Part shown: positions 27,301 to 31,703 of the stretch, piece after piece
Layout: each line of letters opens with the position of its first letter
Numbering within the stretch: the stretch's first letter is position 1
DNA from: a virus
Taxonomy: Duplodnaviria > Caudoviricetes
DNA length: 31,703 bases
Virus record (IMG/VR): IMGVR_UViG_3300044723_010971
Span: 1-31,703 of that record
Direction: 5' to 3' (one strand)
Notes under the pieces: generated by a model
Seen by the model: only the letters and a program-made list of their open reading frames with translations
Database searches by the model: none
Told to the model about the DNA's origin: nothing
Position numbers and translations under genes: made by a program

Positions 27301-28518
27301 CAAATTGATTTAGATTTATATTATGAAGCCAGCAAAGCATATCCTATTGCTGAGTTTAATCAAGTTAAAGCTTTAGATTATCATAATTGCTTTACATTTG
27401 GTAATGGTGTTGAGTCAAATCGCGTAAGAGATGATTTTAATGCACCGTTTATTGACAAAGGAACTAAAGTATCAACAGTACTTGAAGAGCCATATGAGGA
27501 AGAGCGAAGAGCCACTGGCCTTATATACTCGGGTATTTATAATTCAACATCAGGACTTAACGATCTTAATCAATTTATACAAGCCGAAAAAATAACTAAA
27601 GATCTTAATCCAATATATGGCAGTATACAAAAACTTCATACACGAGACACTAATTTAGTGGCAATGTGCGAAGATAAAGTGTTACGTATATTGGCAAATA
27701 AAGATGCATTATTTAATGCTGATGGCAATGTAAATGTTACCTCAAATAACAATGTCCTCGGACAGGCAGTGCCATTTGCTGGTGAGTTTGGTATATCTAA
27801 AAACCCCGAAAGCTTTGCATCATATGGTTATCGCGCTTATTTTTCAGATAAAAAACGCGGCGTTGTATTAAGACTATCTATGGACGGCTTAACAGAAATT
27901 AGTGGTAAAGGCATGTCTGATTATTTTTATGATAATTTAAAAGCGGCCACTACTGTATTAGGTAGTTACGACATATATTCAGATACATATAACTTAACTT
28001 TAAATAACGACACAGTTTGTTTTAAAGAATCATCTGATGGCTGGACAACACGTAAGTCATATATACCTGAGTGGGGTGTTTCACTAAATGCGGATTATTA
28101 TACGATAAACGAAGGTATGCTTTGGTCACACGATAATCAAAATCGAAATACATTTTATGAGGGGTCTACATCTAAATCAAGCGTACAACTTATATTTAAT
28201 GATAACCCAAGTAAGATTAAAAACTTTAAAACTATTTCTTACGAAGGAGATAGCGGATGGACAGCGCCATTAATTCAAACCGACCAACAAGACGGCCAAG
28301 TTACGACGTTTTTAGATAAAGAAAACATATATTATAACTATATTCGAGGTAACGCGGGCACATGGGATAATAGTGGGCAAACCGGCACACTTGATTTAAA
28401 GCAATTTGCTGCACAGGGAATTGGTAACCCAACTATTGTTAGAAACGCAAATAATGATGGGCCATATACAGGGCATTCTACATTTACAGTAACAGTTAAA
28501 AACGATCCAATTAATTAA
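24352..28518 (+). CDS. Tail stabilisation / muzzle (nozzle) protein
   Basis: 1388 aa. N-terminal F.KGRMNKDLDERL.P.GEYRDALNI and C-terminal GEFGISKNPESFA...YF.D..RG.VLRLS.DG.TEIS resemble P22 gp10-like/crAss muzzle proteins. Confidence 0.8.
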   Translation: MPELKRLFLKGRMNKDLDERLVPNGEYRDALNIQVGSSEGSDVGAIENILGNQVARKKSNKQLWEDEDATHNYYGLPFSATCIGAFKNDITDKIYWFVTSSEADCIIEYDKARDYVAPVLVDTQNVLNFSSSKLITGVNIIDNYLYFTDDNSEPKKVDIRSTAFTSTNFSTHSTYKGRNFIESDITVIKKSPLSAPTMELANSTVETVEGITNVITTFAYNFSEPLQLNNGSLRPSVGIQDPETDTPITITTNSDTAFQVGDSLIVTAAPIEADNESTQYYVNLLVDAVNSPSSFDVFIIGISGIVVDSDTFIYDCELSQKTPPFENKFPRFAYRWQYDDNQFSCFSPFTEVAFLPTKYEYNAKKGNNIGMANVTQKVTLSGFETPPVDVKKIQVLYKETNNATVYAVDDFTVDKLDDPSFYFAVTTNLISKVIQSNQLLRPWDNVPRLAKSQEIVGNRIVYGNYLQNYTLNEEVNLSISLAGGSTDPDNPLTSIKSNRNYQIGVVFKDEYGRETPIFTNDTAAIDIPKARSIQKNRLRAQATSPAPTGFTHFKYFVKDPANEYYNLAVDRIYKSKDGVTAWLSFPSSERNKLTEDSYIILKKGHDTDKPILTTDNKYRVLSISNEPPAELVSQRDFLGQALIAFGTGYGNYVEQTTRAVGKTPVTGSTFFLIGRENGANGVEEDTKAILVPGNYVRFTDGTENSRFYEINNAIFTGADDAAKVFVTEPFLNDVEFLYNESDAVVSSPNVQLQIYGEVDVEDKGQFQGKFFVSVEQNNTLTENIFRTLGTTVENSMRFRSWGVATINSDGIVTNTTSSSGYNPSGNLYVQIWGGGHAPARYYNHKNRDGGLDPISGDIAPPWADGTGDEQWDIVFERYERSNEIDFSAWGRLGQIGTKIRFRKGDATQQAVIYTIEKAQQFDVTNRDYVRLYVKFDKRLEVTVNPNFDATTGINFTQLLILGEEKTDDFTSSNPAIFETEPKEQIDLDLYYEASKAYPIAEFNQVKALDYHNCFTFGNGVESNRVRDDFNAPFIDKGTKVSTVLEEPYEEERRATGLIYSGIYNSTSGLNDLNQFIQAEKITKDLNPIYGSIQKLHTRDTNLVAMCEDKVLRILANKDALFNADGNVNVTSNNNVLGQAVPFAGEFGISKNPESFASYGYRAYFSDKKRGVVLRLSMDGLTEISGKGMSDYFYDNLKAATTVLGSYDIYSDTYNLTLNNDTVCFKESSDGWTTRKSYIPEWGVSLNADYYTINEGMLWSHDNQNRNTFYEGSTSKSSVQLIFNDNPSKIKNFKTISYEGDSGWTAPLIQTDQQDGQVTTFLDKENIYYNYIRGNAGTWDNSGQTGTLDLKQFAAQGIGNPTIVRNANNDGPYTGHSTFTVTVKNDPIN

Positions 28519-28520
28519 TT

Positions 28521-29492
28521 ATGCCAATTGAAACATATACAGTAACATCCGCATCATTTGAAGCAGAGTCTGGCGACAATATATCAGGCGGGGCTAATCC
28601 AACCGTTACTCTTGTTATATCGCCTATTGAAGGTTATACTGTAAGCAGCGGTGATTTTTCTATTGGTAATGCTCTTCCCAGCGAAGTAGCAAGTGCGGTT
28701 TTTTCACAAGATGGTAATAATGTTAATTGTCTTGTAACATTTGCTACAGGATTTGTAATGCCTTCTGCTGATGTTGAGCTATTAATAGATATTGATGGAA
28801 GTGCAAATCAACAAGGGTTTACTATTGATGGAGAATATACAATAAGCCAAACTAACGTGCAAGAATCTGCTACAACCCCGGTTGCATTTTCACAGACCGC
28901 AGTTGAAGGCACAGAAGTTACATTGTTTACAAAAACATTTACTGCTTCAAGCGGTTATTATTTTGCTGCTTTACCTTATTATTATCAAACACTAGGGGCA
29001 AATCGTAATGAAAGCAATTATATAATTAGTGTTTCGTATATTGGCGTTGGATCAACACCTGAAAATTATATTACAACATCTGTTACATATACAGTAAAAT
29101 ATATTGTTGGCACAAGTGACGAAACATTAAACGACTTTAATTTTGTAGCCGACGCAATTCAGCAATATACACCTTTATCTGAGGTTACAGCTTATAGTAT
29201 ATTAGCGAGCAAATTCCCGCCTGCAGGAACTACAAGACAAATTTCATTTTATGGTGGAGCGGGTACTGAAGTTACTTTTACAACAACCCACCCATATCCT
29301 GTTGATAGTTATGTAAGTAATAATAATACACAAACATTAACGCTAGACGAGAAAGGCGTAGCAACGATGACAATTATTGTGCCAGAAAATACTACTGGTT
29401 CAAATCAAACCTGGACATTTACATTAAGTGGCAGTGATCTTGCATCGCCTTTTGCACAAACAAATCCATTTACAATAATACAATTACTATAA
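28521..29492 (+). CDS. Virion protein with beta-sandwich (Ig-like) composition
   Basis: 323 aa, T/S/V-rich alternating strands, directly after the muzzle gene. Confidence 0.6.
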   Translation: MPIETYTVTSASFEAESGDNISGGANPTVTLVISPIEGYTVSSGDFSIGNALPSEVASAVFSQDGNNVNCLVTFATGFVMPSADVELLIDIDGSANQQGFTIDGEYTISQTNVQESATTPVAFSQTAVEGTEVTLFTKTFTASSGYYFAALPYYYQTLGANRNESNYIISVSYIGVGSTPENYITTSVTYTVKYIVGTSDETLNDFNFVADAIQQYTPLSEVTAYSILASKFPPAGTTRQISFYGGAGTEVTFTTTHPYPVDSYVSNNNTQTLTLDEKGVATMTIIVPENTTGSNQTWTFTLSGSDLASPFAQTNPFTIIQLL

Positions 29493-29827
29493 TGGCAACA
29501 ACTGAAAGTATTACAATTAATTTTTCTGTACCATTTAATGTGTCTTTACAAGTAGGGACAGATGTTATATACTATCAGGATAGTGTAACGAGCAATGTAT
29601 ATAGGCTTGGTATGGTTACTGCAAAAACAGATACAAGCATTACATGCGAAATATTTAGCACAACACCCCCACCTAATGATGCAAATGACTTTATATTTTT
29701 TATGAAAGATAATGATGCTAATACTTCTGGTATTGTAGGTTATCATGGGACAGTTGATATGGAGGTTACCTCAACAGATAAAAAAGAACTATTTGCTGTT
29801 AATACAGAAGTATTTATAAGCAGCTAA
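29492..29827 (+). CDS. Hypothetical tail-associated protein
   Basis: 111 aa, TAATG coupling. N.SLQVG.D..YY and KELFAV..E...SS. Confidence 0.65.
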   Translation: MATTESITINFSVPFNVSLQVGTDVIYYQDSVTSNVYRLGMVTAKTDTSITCEIFSTTPPPNDANDFIFFMKDNDANTSGIVGYHGTVDMEVTSTDKKELFAVNTEVFISS

Positions 29828-29862
29828 TAACATGTAATAATATAACTATAAATTAATTAATT

Positions 29863-30483
29863 ATGCCAATTCCAGTTTTAGCGGCAGCAGGTGCCGTACA
29901 AGGTTTATTTAACATGGCCGGCTCAATGGTTGGTGGACGTGCACGCAGACGAGAACAAGCTCAAGCACAACAACAACTTAAACAGCGCATGGGTGAATAT
30001 GAAAACATGCAGTTTACAAACCCCTACGCTGGACTAGAAAATACAATGGAAGACTTAACTGTTAATCAACAGCAAGCACAGTTTTTAGCCCAGCAGCAAC
30101 AGCAAGGATTGGCTAACACTATGGGAGCTATGCAAGGGGCCGCTGGTGGTTCGGGTATTGCCGCATTAGCTCAAGCAATGGCAAATCAACAATCACAAAA
30201 TCTACAACAAGCATCCGCAAGCATTGGTCAGCAAGAGGCAAGAAATCAAGTATTAGCCGCTCAAGGAGCTAATCAAGTACAACAGCTTCAGGCCCAAGGT
30301 GACGCTATGGTACAAGGTAGAGAACAAGCAAGAACAGAAACCTTATTAGGTATGGCACAAACTCGTTTAGGAGCCGCTAATCAAGCTCGCCAAAATGCTA
30401 CAGACCAATTAATGGGCGGTATTGGCGATCTAGCTGGTGGTGCGTTGGCGATGGCTGGAGGTGAAAGTGGAACGATATTTTAA
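29863..30483 (+). CDS. Putative ejection / internal virion protein
   Basis: Q/A/G/M-rich helices with hydrophobic G/A-rich termini, like podovirus DNA-ejection proteins. Confidence 0.6.
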   Translation: MPIPVLAAAGAVQGLFNMAGSMVGGRARRREQAQAQQQLKQRMGEYENMQFTNPYAGLENTMEDLTVNQQQAQFLAQQQQQGLANTMGAMQGAAGGSGIAALAQAMANQQSQNLQQASASIGQQEARNQVLAAQGANQVQQLQAQGDAMVQGREQARTETLLGMAQTRLGAANQARQNATDQLMGGIGDLAGGALAMAGGESGTIF

Positions 30484-30488
30484 ACACA

Positions 30489-31703
30489 ATGGCAAAACAA
30501 AAAACATTACCAACACAATTTTCGCCCAATGCAGCTTTAATTACAGGAGCCGGTTTAGTATACGGTACTCAGGGGCGAACATTGCCTGGAGTGAAAATTA
30601 ATACCGATATTATTAAAAGCGTGCAAGCGCAGGCCGAGAAGGCAAAAGCTAAGCAAGAGAATAAATTAGCCAATATTGAAACTCGTATGAGTAATTATAT
30701 GGCTAATATGAGTTACTTTGATACTGGCATAGTGCCCGAACAATATATGGGGCAAGTACAAGATGCCTTGAGAGCCTATAAAAATGAATATTTTGAAGTG
30801 TCACAGCAATTAATTAACACTAAATCTACAGACCCCGTCTATCAAGATTTAAACATTCGTTTAGCTGAAATTAATAATGGCATAAAAAGTATTGCCGGCA
30901 CTTTTACAGATCAGAAAAAAAACAAAAAGGATGACGTCCTAATGTTTGATAAAAACATTAATAAGCTCAGCACAACAAATGATTTGGAGCTTACGGAAGG
31001 CATTGAGGCTATTATTCAGAACCGAGCACCGATGAAAATTGAAAACGGAGTAGTCTTATATGAACTAAAAGGCAACTGGGTAAAATATGAAGATATTCCT
31101 GAATTAAGAATACGCGCTGATAAGGAGGCGGGGCAAATTGGAACTATGTTAGCAACCTTGTCTAATACAACTAGCAAACAAGGACTTACAGCAGAACAAT
31201 TAGAGGATTATGCCCGGCAACTTCGTACAATGCTAAATGATAGAGATGTTTTATTGTCGCTGGCTCAGGACAAATTCGGTAATGTAGATTACAGAGATGA
31301 AGAAGGCACGCCTATTACTAATGCTGAAGAATTGTATGCCCAAGATGCTGGCGCGCTAAAAGAAAAAATGGTTGCGCATTATATGGGACTTATTGAAAAC
31401 GCAGCTAAAACTGGTCAAAGAAGAAATAGAAGAGGCGGGGGTAGTGGGGGTAGTAATAGATATATATTAACTACAGATAAGCAGCAAACTTTAGATTATA
31501 TTGTCAAGGAACTCGATGGTTGGGAAACAAAACCGGACACAAATGAGCCTCTACTATCTCAAACATTTAGATTAAAAGGGGGCACTAGAAAATGGGAGTT
31601 AAAAAATATTGGTAATAATTTAGTTGCGGTTGATCCTGTTACGGGGCAAAGTATTACGTATGCCAATATTGAAGAGTTTAAAGAAGACTATACTATACAA
31701 AAT
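30489..31703 (+). CDS. Partial large helical protein, probable internal virion/ejection protein (3' end outside window)
   Basis: Hand translation from ATG 30489 (MAKQKTLPTQFSPNAALITGAG...) stays open for 405 codons to the window end. Confidence 0.8.
   Translation, partial: MAKQKTLPTQFSPNAALITGAGLVYGTQGRTLPGVKINTDIIKSVQAQAEKAKAKQENKLANIETRMSNYMANMSYFDTGIVPEQYMGQVQDALRAYKNEYFEVSQQLINTKSTDPVYQDLNIRLAEINNGIKSIAGTFTDQKKNKKDDVLMFDKNINKLSTTNDLELTEGIEAIIQNRAPMKIENGVVLYELKGNWVKYEDIPELRIRADKEAGQIGTMLATLSNTTSKQGLTAEQLEDYARQLRTMLNDRDVLLSLAQDKFGNVDYRDEEGTPITNAEELYAQDAGALKEKMVAHYMGLIENAAKTGQRRNRRGGGSGGSNRYILTTDKQQTLDYIVKELDGWETKPDTNEPLLSQTFRLKGGTRKWELKNIGNNLVAVDPVTGQSITYANIEEFKEDYTIQN

Larger units (their letters stand above)
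1..31703 (+). mobile_element. Bacteriophage genome fragment (structural module), probably a crAss-like podovirus of Bacteroidota
   Basis: Co-oriented, tightly packed genes in the order TerL, portal, acidic scaffold-like, MCP, ring, ring, muzzle, as in crAss-like phages. No host housekeeping genes apart from divergent chaperonins. Starts are preceded by A/T-rich tracts with no SD. Confidence 0.88.

Noticed and set aside
1-31703. Stop-codon reassignment as in some crAss-like phages
   Set aside because: Genes are full length under code 11. TGA (2630, 3067, 14235) and TAG (22690) act as ordinary stops, and no suppressor tRNA was seen.

Overview
All credible genes lie on the + strand and form the morphogenesis module of a tailed dsDNA phage, most likely a crAss-like (Crassvirales-related) podovirus infecting Bacteroidota. 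Evidence: conserved gene order, A/T-rich translation starts lacking Shine-Dalgarno sites, and GNVGIGT fibre repeats. The left part carries a small basic protein, a phage groEL-groES pair in reversed order, a probable wHTH protein, small low-complexity or basic ORFs (one an HExxH peptidase, one an unannotated Cys-rich ORF, one a signal-peptide protein), a probable holin, four fibre or decoration proteins, and a probable tandem two-domain GroES-fold protein. The right part carries putative TerS, TerL, portal, scaffold-like protein, major capsid protein, ring and muzzle tail proteins, and probable ejection proteins, the last cut by the window end. Best leads: (1) an in-frame array of ~30-bp DNA repeats, conserved at synonymous sites and containing palindromes, that separates variable modules in the 1203-aa fibre gene; (2) a three-part phage chaperonin set with a Cpn20-like double GroES; (3) two mutually exclusive hairpins at the head/tail gene junction. 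I saw no tRNA, CRISPR array, integrase or recoded stop codons. All family calls come from reading motifs by eye, not from database searches.
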